A stretch of DNA of 63,957 nt, the filler included, from Thraustochytrium aureum (taxonomy: Eukaryota): the NCBI GenBank assembly GCA_012862495.1. It is 5 parts of 4 records of this genome, joined end to end, with 100 filler letters (N's around TTAATTAATTAA, not from the genome) between each part and the next. Parts side by side here need not be neighbours in the genome. Positions count along the whole stretch, not along the records: positions 44,550 to 62,829 come from BLSG01000084.1; positions 62,930 to 63,957 come from BLSG01000126.1; 3 more parts are not named here. One strand, 5' to 3'. A program made the translations under genes and the position numbers. The notes beneath the pieces were generated by a model. It ran no database searches. It saw only the letters and a list, made by a program, of their open reading frames with translations, and was not told where the DNA came from. Positions 55,326 to 63,957 of the stretch are shown here, piece after piece; position 1 is the first letter of the stretch; the number at the start of each line of letters is the position of its first letter.

Positions 55326-57317
55326 ATGAATGTGGCGACGATGATTGAGCTCGAGCCGCCCGTGCTCGAGGGCGAGCTCACGGAAAGGCGGAAAACTGTA
55401 TTCGTGACGCACGGGCGCAAGGTTGTGGCAAGCGTCAGGTCCAACTTCCTCGTGCTCGACACTATCCGCGAGAACAGGAAGGTGAGCAAGGCCCTGGGCA
55501 AGCACAAAGTAAGCACGGCCAAGCCCACAACGGGCATGCCAACGCGCGTCTTTTCCCATCGCGCGCGCGTAATCAACCTGGAAGGCGCAGTCGTGGAGCG
55601 CGCCGACAACAACACCACCTCGCTGCGGGTCACTTTCCTGACCAAAGGCGGATCCAAGCTGGACAGCGTCGTGCTCCTCTGCGGCAGCGAAGAGGAAGCC
55701 GCTCACTGGCAGGCGATGCTGCAGGCCCAGACGACGCAGCGCGCGGTCACCAACGCCGATTTCGAGCCCCTATTCCTCCTGGGCAAAGGCCACTTTGGTC
55801 GCGTTCAGCTTGTGCAGCACCGGCACACCGGCGCCCTCCTGGCATTGAAGGAGGTAAAAGAAGAGCGCGTCGCCCTGCGGCGGAGCAGCGGTAGCAGCGG
55901 CCTTGGCAGCCCCAAGAGCAGCAAAGCCACCAAGTCCTCCAAAAAGTCGATTAGCGAGATGCGCTTCGAGAAGCAGATCTCGGAGCGCCTGTTGCTGGCC
56001 GAGCTCGGCAACAACCCGTTCATGGCGCGGCTCGCATTCGCCTTTCGCGAAAATGGCAAGCTGTTTTTCGCGAGCGAGTTCAGTGAGCGCGGCGACCTGT
56101 GGACGATGATCCGCGCAAAGAAGCGGGTGGGCCTCGCGGCCGCGCGGTTCTTGACCGCCGAGGCCGTCGCGGCGGTGGCCAGCCTGCACGCCAAGGGGAT
56201 CCTGCACCGTGACATCAAGCTGGAAAATATCATGCTCGACTCGCGCGGCCACGTCAAGCTGATCGACTTGGGCCTCTCCAAGCGGCTCACGGAGCGGCCC
56301 AGCTCCACCCCTCGAGCGCCGCCGCTTTGGGTACACGTTCAGCCTTTGCGGGACCTCGTATTACCAGCCGCCGGAATTGGTCTCGGGCGTTGGGCACCGC
56401 TTCCCGGTCGACTGGTGGCAAGTCGGCTGCCTTCTGTACGAGCTGATCGTTGGCAAGCCCGCCTTTTTCGACAAGACCCCAAAGCTCGTTCACGCCAAGA
56501 TCCTTTCTCTGGACGGGCCCAATATGTCGCACTTCGCCAAGCTGGCGGGCTCTGATGCGGAAGCCTTCCACGCGCACGAGCTCGTCACCGCGCTACTCAC
56601 GCACGACCAGAGCGAGCGACTGGGCGCGCTCGGCGCCGAGCAGGTCATGGACCACCCGTTTTTCAAGTCGGTCGACTGGAACGTTGCGCGCAGCCGCCAG
56701 ATCGCGCCGCCTGACGAAATCGTCCAGTACGTGGCGGCACCCGAGCCTGCGCCTGAGGACGGCCCCATCCGAGCCGATGTTGTTGCTCGCTTCTTCCGCG
56801 ACGCGCGCACGCTCACGGGCCAGAGCCTCAACGACAAGGTCTCCGCTGATCGCACCGACGCGTCCTCCTGGCAGGGAGGCGCGTCGTAAGGCGCTAGAGG
56901 GCTCGGCAGGTTCTTCTGCCTCCTCGGCGGATAACCGTGTCAGCACGAATANNNNNNNNNNNNNNNNNNNNNNNNNNNNNNNNNNNNNNNNNNNNNNNNN
57001 NNNNNNNNNNNNNNNNNNNNNNNNNNNNNNNNNNNNNNNNNNNNNNNNNNNNNNNNNNNNNNNNNNNNNNNNNNNNNNNNNNNNNNNNNNNNNCCTCCTC
57101 GGCGGATAACCGTGTCAGCACGAATATGCAGTCTTCCAGCGTGTCCGAGTCCTTGAACGACTCGGACCGCTCCGATAAACTGCGTCGCCGACCGACCCTG
57201 CCTGTGCGCCAAGAGTCGTTTGGCCCGCACCTTGGCTTTGCATACAGGGCTCCGCAGCCGGTCCTCGCGGCTTTGCTCAGTGAGCGCCGCGCGAGCTCTG
57301 GCTCGGTGTCCAACTGA
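55326..57317 (+). CDS. AGC-family Ser/Thr kinase with an N-terminal PH-like domain; apparent indels at ~56327 and ~56838
   Basis: PH-like end VLLCGSEEEAAHWQAML; LGKGHFGRV, ALK, HRDIKLEN, DLG, SLCGTSYYQPPE, VDWWQVG, HPFFKSVDW; hydrophobic-motif-like LGFAY near the 3' end. Confidence 0.9.
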
Positions 57318-57840
57318 GCCAGCATGCCCAGGGTGGCGCTGGACTCTACACATTTTTGAAGTCGTCGTCGTTGACGACAACCTGTACCAAGTGTAATGTT
57401 TACAATTTTGCATTCCCCCCCTTGCTACACGTCCAGCACCAGACCAGCTGCTAGGCGTGAAGGACGCCGTGCAATGTAGGCTGTGTCTGCCTCAGCGCCG
57501 CTATTTGCACTCCAACCAGCCAGCAGAACACCCACCCGAGCAACTCTTACAGGCATCGCATCAGCGCCTCTTCGTTCCGGAGCCAAGTCGGTGCTCAGGC
57601 CGCGCGCGAGCAGCATCGATCAGATCACGTCTCCGAGTCGGCGCCGCCGGTCGTTCTCCACGCACGGTTCATGAACCGGGTGCTGCTCTACCGGAACTGT
57701 CCCACGAAGACCTCCAACGCCTTCGGCTGACCAGAACATCCACAGGCTCGAGAGCATCGGCCGCCCATCCAGCATCTGCCATCCAGCATCGGCCAGCGTC
57801 AGCCGTCTTGCCCCGAGGAGCTATCCGTCGTTTGGTGCCC

Positions 57841-57880
57841 GCGTCTGCGCGTCTGCGCGTCTGCGCGTCTGCGCGTCTGC
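57841..57880. repeat. (GCGTCTGC)5 tandem repeat upstream of CFAP300
   Basis: Five perfect 8-mers. Confidence 0.9.
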
Positions 57881-57987
57881 GGTGGGACCTCGGCCGAGCG
57901 TTGCTGGGACGGACGAGATGGAGATTGTGAATGGCGACACCGCGCCGGCGACTGGCGTGAGACGCCAAGAGCTGCTCACTGAGCCGC

Positions 57988-58779
57988 ATGGGGACCCGGG
58001 GCCCTGTCGTTCACGCACGTGCCTTGCGCTTTCCAGGGGCGCTGGCCGGGGACGCCATGAAGGAGGGCTTGCTCAAGTGGGGGCTTGACCAAACGTTGAT
58101 ACTGGAAAAGTTTCGCTTCGCAGGCGCGCTGCAGAGCGACGCGGACGCCCATAGTGCGCTGATAGATTTTTTCAACAGCGCAGACGTGCAAGCCGCTCTG
58201 GCCGCTTCCTGCGCCGGCCCGCGCGCCGGCCTGGCCAGACCCAACGGGTCGTACAATAGCGTCACTTTCGAACCCCTCAGCACGAGCGCGGTGGACCTCG
58301 GGCTGTTCAAGAGACTGCGAGAAGGCGACCATCCCATCGTTGCGCCGTCAGGGTACATCCGCAAGTGTATGGACGAGATCTACGATGGGGCCACGTCGAG
58401 CAATCTCGTGACAGACATGCTGCTTAACGAGGAGTCGGAGAACGCGTTCGTTTTCGAGGAGGCCGAGAAGCGCCAACTTCTCTTCCAGCTCTTCAAGTGG
58501 GCCACTGTCGGAGGCGCGCTGTGCCAGCCGGAGGAAAATGTCGACCCGTACCTCGCTGTCGTAAAGGCCCTCTACAAGGCGCTCGTTCACGTGGTGCGGA
58601 GCCCTGCCTCGGGCGCGATCGAGGTGGTTTCGCGTGCCTTTCTTGTACGCGAGCTGGACGGCTCTCATGGCGGCCTGTTCCGCGAGGAGAACAGCAACAG
58701 CATGTGCGTGCTCGTGTTCACGCCAAGCTTGCGCACCGTGACCTACCTTAACAGCGCTTTCGTGCCGTTCCTCCGCTAA
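57988..58779 (+). CDS. CFAP300: Dynein-arm assembly factor CFAP300 (C11orf70) homolog; start uncertain
   Basis: LLKWG, FFNS, IRKCMDE, MLLNEESE, LLFQLF...VGGALCQPEENVDPYL..KALYKALV. Confidence 0.88.
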   Translation: MGTRGPVVHARALRFPGALAGDAMKEGLLKWGLDQTLILEKFRFAGALQSDADAHSALIDFFNSADVQAALAASCAGPRAGLARPNGSYNSVTFEPLSTSAVDLGLFKRLREGDHPIVAPSGYIRKCMDEIYDGATSSNLVTDMLLNEESENAFVFEEAEKRQLLFQLFKWATVGGALCQPEENVDPYLAVVKALYKALVHVVRSPASGAIEVVSRAFLVRELDGSHGGLFREENSNSMCVLVFTPSLRTVTYLNSAFVPFLR

Positions 58780-58918
58780 TGGGCAAGCGCCACCTTGCCC
58801 GGCGCCGTAAAATGGAGAAAGGACGAGCTGGAGCTAGCTACTCGAGTACTCAGTAATAATTATGGTTGCTTGTCGGCTCAGAAACGCGCGCCTCGGAGAG
58901 CCGGCTCACCATCCGCGT

Positions 58919-60456
58919 CTAACGACGCCGGCCATGCTTGCTGCTCTCGCGACGGCTCTTGCGGTCCTTGCCGCTTTTGCGGCGCTTGTGCCGGCTTGAG
59001 CGCTTGTGCTTTGAGGACCGGCTGCTGCGCTTCTTGCGCCGCTTGCGCTTGCCCTCCTCGTCGCTATTTGACGAAGAAGAACTACTAGAAGTCGAGCTAG
59101 AGGAGGAGGAGGAGGAGGAGGACGACGACGACGATGTTGACGAAGACTCATACCCGCTATCACGACGGCGCTTGTGCCGACGGCGCTCCGACACAACCTT
59201 GGTGGCGGTGGCTTCTCCCTTGCCAGAGCTACCCTCCCCGCCATTTACTGCCGGAACACCAGTGGTGTCAACCTCGCCCATGCCGCTCGGCGGTTCTTCC
59301 CTGGCGCTCTTCGGGGCGACCTCCGCCAGCACATTGTCTTTCCCGGCGACTTCAATACCCACGTTGTCAGCCTTTCTGACAGTGCTTTGCCGGCCACGCT
59401 CATCGCGGTCTTGGCGCCTGTCCCTGCTGCTACTGCGGTGATGCCGATACCTGCCCCTGCTGTCACTTGGCCGCTCGCGGTGCCTGTCTCGGCTGCTACT
59501 GCGCCAGGACCGGTGCACGTCCCGGCTGCTCGTGCGCCGCGACGGGCTCCACTCGCGGCGCCTACTGTTGTCCTGCTCACGGTCCCAGTCCCGGCGATCG
59601 CGACTTGAACGCAAAGCGCGGCGATCGTCGTAGCGGGGCGCGTCTCGCCGGCTATCTCGACGGAGCCTATCATAGCCCTCGTCACGCGAGCGCCGGTCGC
59701 CTGACGGTCGCCGTGACGGTCGTCGTCGCGACGCCGAGCCTCGTGTCGATGATCTTCGAGTTGATCTCCGGGTTGGCACGGTTCCAAACGGCGGCCTGGA
59801 CCATTCCTGAGCCGATCGGGGCTACGGCTTCGACCCGCCCAGCCCATGCGATGCGGGGGGCTCGAGCTCCTGAGCGAGCGCGGAGCGCCTTGGCTAGCAG
59901 CCCTTTCGGCGTCTGGAGCGCCCAGCGCAGTGGCCCGAGCCGACTCGACTGTGCGCCCCTTCACTATGCCGGCCTCCTCCAGCGAGCCCTGTTTCAGCGA
60001 GACCGCCACTTTGACCCCAGCGATCTCACCGCCGGCTTGCCAGCACTCGAACGCCTCGTTGGCCTGCTCGGCGCGTCGAAACTCGACGTGAACCGCGCTG
60101 GCCGCATACCAGACCAAGATGATGTCACCGTACGCTCCGAAGATCTCCTTGACGTGCGCCTTCGTCATGGTCAAGGCCCCGACCTTTGCCGCGGCGCCGC
60201 GGCGCCGTTTCTTCCTGCTGTGCGCCTCCGTGGCCTCCGACTTGGTCGACTCTTCTTCCGCCGCGGCCTTGGCGGCTGCTTGTCTCGCCGACTCGGGCTC
60301 GTTCTTTATGACAATGAACGCCTTGCGCGGCTCGCCAGACCCGCGCTTGAGCGCTTGAGCGCCGGCCTGGGGGTCCGCAGCATGCGCGTCGGCCCTAGCG
60401 GCGGAAGGATCGGGGCGCATTTTGCGTGGATCCGCCGGATCCTCCTGGCCTGCCAT
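58919..60456 (-). CDS. RRM plus Arg/Ser-rich splicing-related protein (RNPS1/SR45-like); indel at ~59787
   Basis: RRM LTMTKAHVKEIFGAYGDI...VHVEF...GGEIAGVKVAVS, then an RS/RD-rich tract, poly-Ser and a Lys/Arg tail. Confidence 0.75.
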
Positions 60457-60771
60457 GCCGCCTCGCCGATCCTCCGCGGGCCAGGAGGGAGCCGCAGCAA
60501 GCGAAGCGGCGGCAGCAGGAGAGCCCAGTTACACAGCGGCGCCGGCGCTCGTGCCGTCACTCTCGCAAGCACGCGCGGAGGGACAGGTCGACGCGAGCGA
60601 GTCGGAGGTGATCCGAATCTGTGGCGCAGAGCCCGATTCCGGCCTCGAGCGACACGCCCCTGCTCCCGCTGCCAGCGCAGAGCGCCGCTTCCCACCGTAT
60701 GCTCTAGAGCCCTCGTCCGTCGGCCCTGCAGAGCTGCAGCGCGGCGCAGCGTTTGCGAAAGAGGCGCCGAG

Positions 60772-62193
60772 ATGCGGTTGCTCGCGAGGCGGCTCGCCCG
60801 TTCCCCGCAAGCGGGTTCATGGCCAGGACGGCGGTGCCTCGCGACGACAACGGGGACGCCGACCGGGGAGGATGATAGAGACAAAGCGCGGCCGGGGCAG
60901 CACAAGACCCCGATCACAGACTTTTTGTGGTCGCTCCGAGACAAGGTCAAGCGCCAGCACGCAGAAGAGGCCGCCAAACAGCATGATCGGCAACTGAGGC
61001 TCTCGGGCGCCGCGCAGACCAAGCTTGCAAGCCGCCCGCCAACGTGGACGGAGGTGCAGTACCCGTTCTCCACGGACGTTTCGCTGCGAGAGCGGTACCT
61101 GAACGCCTTTGGGACGATTCGCGTCGGCCGCGTCGTGGAGGACCTGGACGCGCTGGCCGGCAACATTGCTTACATGCATTGCGCTGGGCCGCAGGACGCG
61201 GCGGCAGACGAAGGTGCCGGCCCTGCGGACTCGCTCCTGCTCGTCACGGCATCCATCGACCGCATCGTGCTGGGGCACCGCGCCAACCTCAAGGACGACA
61301 TCACGCTCTCTGGGCGCGTCAGCTGGGTAGGCAACTCCTCGATGGAGATCGCAATGAGCGCCTGCTCTTCCTGGACCAAGCAGCCCTGGCTGCAGGCCTT
61401 GTTCACGTTTGTCGCTCGGGACCGCGAGACCGGCCGCGCTGCTCCAATTAACCCGCTCGCCCCGGCAAGCGAGGACGAAAAGCTCATGTTCGCTTTAGGC
61501 CAGCGACGCGCGGACCAGCGCAAAGCTCTCCGCAAGGAGAAAAGCGCAGCCACAATGGGCCGCGAGCAGGTCGAGCACATGATCCGCCTTGGGAAAGCGG
61601 GCTCGCCAGAGGAGACGAGCGTCTCGATCGAACAGGCGGCGCAAGCGCTGTACGCCGAATCGGCTCCGCGCCTCTTGATACCCGCGTTGGGGCTCAAGGG
61701 CGCGGTGCGCATGTCGGACACCGAGCTCTCCAACACAAAGCTCATGCAGCCGCAAGAGAAAAACACCGCTGGGCGGATTTTCGGCGGGTTTCTGGTTCGG
61801 ATGGCTTTTGAGCTCGCCTTCTCGACCGCGTACCTGTTCACGAGCGTTGTGCCTCGTTTCCGAGAGGTGGACGAGGTTGTATTCAGCAGACCCGTGGACG
61901 TCGGCGACTTGGTCCATTTCCGCTCGAGGGTGCTTTTCACCTCGGAGCACCTACACCACAACCCAAGCGTGCACGTTGAGGTCCTGGCGCACGTCATTAA
62001 TCCAGAGTCGGCCAACACGGCCGTGTCGAACAGCTTCAACTTTAGCTTTGAGGTCCCCCGCGGCACCGACTTGGCCAAGGTGATCCCGGAGACCTTGGAG
62101 GACGCGCACAACATCGTCACGCGCTACTATCGGGACTTGCAGCAAAAGATGGAGGACCAAGAGGGCGGGGCTGGCGACCCGCGCCCTGCCTAG
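60772..62193 (+). CDS. ACOT9: Mitochondrial acyl-CoA thioesterase 9-like protein (double hotdog fold)
   Basis: Arg-rich presequence MRLLARRLAR; YLNAFGTIRVGRVVEDLDALAG, VTASIDRI, WVGNSSMEI, NTAGRIFGGFLVRMAFELA, FSRPVDVG. Confidence 0.92.
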   Translation: MRLLARRLARSPQAGSWPGRRCLATTTGTPTGEDDRDKARPGQHKTPITDFLWSLRDKVKRQHAEEAAKQHDRQLRLSGAAQTKLASRPPTWTEVQYPFSTDVSLRERYLNAFGTIRVGRVVEDLDALAGNIAYMHCAGPQDAAADEGAGPADSLLLVTASIDRIVLGHRANLKDDITLSGRVSWVGNSSMEIAMSACSSWTKQPWLQALFTFVARDRETGRAAPINPLAPASEDEKLMFALGQRRADQRKALRKEKSAATMGREQVEHMIRLGKAGSPEETSVSIEQAAQALYAESAPRLLIPALGLKGAVRMSDTELSNTKLMQPQEKNTAGRIFGGFLVRMAFELAFSTAYLFTSVVPRFREVDEVVFSRPVDVGDLVHFRSRVLFTSEHLHHNPSVHVEVLAHVINPESANTAVSNSFNFSFEVPRGTDLAKVIPETLEDAHNIVTRYYRDLQQKMEDQEGGAGDPRPA

Positions 62194-62328
62194 CTCGGCG
62201 GTTCGCGCTGCACGTTGTAAGATAATGCTGCCAGCAAGGACTCGGTCGCAGGCCAAGCCTGCTCGGATGTCGAGGTTGCGCTCTGGGTTGAATACTCGAG
62301 TCGTACCGGTGCGTTGAGTAAATACATA

Positions 62329-62706
62329 ATGGCCTGGAGTGTTATCCTTGTTGCTAACGAGACGAACCGCCTTTTGACAGTATGCCGCGTGCTGTTCAAA
62401 GCCACGGTCGACGCCGAGAAGTCAAGCTCCAAGGTTCCCGCAAGCCAGGACTGCGCCAGCAACAAGTGCGTTCCGGCGACGTGTCTGACGAGCAGCGTTG
62501 TCTGCACGAGCAGGGAATTCTGCTCGCGCGCGACAGCGTCCTGCAAGTCTCGCCTGCCTTTGGGCGAGGTTTGCACCAACAACGACGAGTGCGCTTCATC
62601 CAACTGCTTCACGGCCAGCAAAAGGCGTAAGCAATGTGGGTGTTCAAGAAGCAGCGACTGCCCTGAGAACCAAGTCTGCACCAGAAGTAAGTGCATCCGA
62701 GCATAG
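62329..62706 (+). CDS. Small cysteine-rich protein or terminal exon
   Basis: Dense Cys pattern: CKSRLPLGEVCTNNDECASSNC, CGCSRSSDCPENQVCTRSKC. Confidence 0.6.
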   Translation: MAWSVILVANETNRLLTVCRVLFKATVDAEKSSSKVPASQDCASNKCVPATCLTSSVVCTSREFCSRATASCKSRLPLGEVCTNNDECASSNCFTASKRRKQCGCSRSSDCPENQVCTRSKCIRA

Positions 62707-62873
62707 TTCCCTTGGCGCAAATCTCAGCGGTAGAGCACTCCCGCTCGAAAGCTTCCGGGGCTTGTTGCTGATGCGTCCACTCTTCCCCAAGGTGGACTAT
62801 GGACTTGCGTTGCTTTAAGGTATGCTGTANNNNNNNNNNNNNNNNNNNNNNNNNNNNNNNNNNNNNNNNNNNN

Positions 62874-62885
62874 TTAATTAATTAA
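62874..62885. other. Artificial scaffold-join spacer
   Basis: TTAATTAATTAA within Ns. Confidence 0.95.
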
Positions 62886-62930
62886 NNNNNNNNNNNNNNN
62901 NNNNNNNNNNNNNNNNNNNNNNNNNNNNNG

Positions 62931-63957
62931 GGCGACTGGCTTTCGGAGCTGGCGAAGGCCGGGCGAGAGGCCGCGGCGGGAAGCGCTGGCGCGAGGGCCG
63001 CCGCGCAGGCTCTTGGAGGCCCTGGGGATGGCGGCGCCGAGCTCCCGCTGCACTGCCGGCCTCAGCCTGCCGTGCTGTCGCCGACGACGCCTGTCGCCCT
63101 GTTCCTGACGGTGCACCTGGCTGGCTCTGCGAGGCTGGCGGAGTGCGCTGCCCTCGCCGCGGCGACCGTGACGCACTGCGCAAGCGAACCGCGCAACTCG
63201 TCGACGCGGATGGCGCTTGGGCTGAGCGAACGCGTGTGGCACGCGGTCCAGGCCGACGTCCCAGCGGGAATTCCGCTGCACAAGTTTGGCTACTCTGAGC
63301 GCAGCGGCGAGCACGGAAGCCTCCCCGCTACTGGGGGCGACATATTTCTCCACGTGAAGGGCGCCGACCGCGGGCAGTGCTTTGCGATGGCCAAAGCGCT
63401 CCTCGAAAGCTTGCCCCCAGATTCTATTTTTGATGCCGAGGACGTCTACGGGTTCGACTTTGACGGAGGCAAGGACCTCATTGGGTTTCGGGCGTGCCGC
63501 TCAGACGACGACACCCCCGCAGCTCGCGCCGAAGCGGCCGTGATTCCCACGACTGGCGGTTCGTATGCGCTGGTGCAACAGTGGCGCCACCACCTCTACG
63601 ACTTTCAGGCCCTCCCTGAGGCGGAGCAGGAGGACGTGGTTGGGAGGTGCAAGGCTTCCGGCAAGTACTTGCACTCTGCGCGGCGGTCGTCGCATGCGCC
63701 CATCGACTTGGCGCGTGAACCGCACAAGCTGGCGTATGCGATCGATCAAGGATTGCCCGAGTCCTCCCACACAGCCCGCATGATCGGCGTCGACCACAAC
63801 AGCCAGCGGCTCCGCGTTGTGCGGCAGAGCATGCCGTTCGGAAACATGGCGCCAGGCCCCGTCGGCAAGGAAAACACGCACGAGCCGGGACTCATGTTTC
63901 TCGCATACGGGAACGACCCGCTTGTTTTCGCCTACATGGCTGAGCGCATGGTGGGCA
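62931..63957 (+). CDS. Dye-decolorizing peroxidase (DyP, YfeX/class B-like); partial at both ends and absent from the ORF track
   Basis: Manual translation of the open frame from 62931: PQPAVL, PATGGDIFLHVK, EDVYGF..KDLIGF, GGSYALVQQWRHHL, EQEDVVGRCK, PESSHTAR, VVRQSMPFG, GLMFLAY, ERMVG. Confidence 0.9.

Noticed and set aside
55126..55326. Poly-Gln or poly-Ala ORF from the CAG run
   Set aside because: Those frames stop before joining the kinase frame, so it is most simply a 5' UTR or intronic microsatellite.
56919..57126. 33-bp direct repeat flanking the gap in the kinase tail
   Set aside because: An unmerged contig overlap; merging gives a continuous frame (ADNRVSTNMQSS).
57666..57679. Palindrome cggttcatgaaccg
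   Set aside because: A single short palindrome is expected by chance in 64 kb and has no supporting context.
27494..62885. Four identical TTAATTAATTAA palindromes as a biological repeat or telomere-like element
   Set aside because: Each is embedded in N runs and gives stops in all six frames, so it is an artificial contig linker. Synteny across these spacers is meaningless.

Overview
GC-rich, gene-dense eukaryotic nuclear DNA from a draft assembly. It is not prokaryotic: short GT-AG spliceosomal introns can be traced in several genes, and no CRISPR array, operon, rRNA or tRNA was found. Four artificial N-TTAATTAATTAA-N spacers split the window into five unrelated scaffold pieces. The assembly has many N gaps, some apparently false, and recurrent 1-nt homopolymer indels that break real genes. 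Gene content suggests a flagellated protist, possibly a stramenopile such as a labyrinthulomycete (inference). Recognisable genes: PP2A catalytic subunit, Sfi1-like protein, ASCC3/Slh1 helicase, FG-GAP membrane protein, 4-LIM protein, Costars/STARS-like protein, cathepsin H, a reprolysin-type metalloprotease, a 4-repeat Myb factor, CaMK, a vWA protein, a sterol desaturase-family enzyme, TMEM218-like (two copies), an AGC kinase, CFAP300, RNPS1-like, ACOT9 and a DyP peroxidase. Most interesting: (i) an apparent GT49 (LARGE-type) plus Stealth phosphotransferase fusion; (ii) a tandemly duplicated TMEM218-like / secreted Pro-Phe repeat-protein gene pair with an internal UGA-CGG; (iii) an unnamed Cys/His-containing candidate DNA-binding domain; (iv) a DyP lacking the GXXDG aspartate; (v) a bacterial-style metzincin with a Leu Met-turn and a probable GPI anchor.
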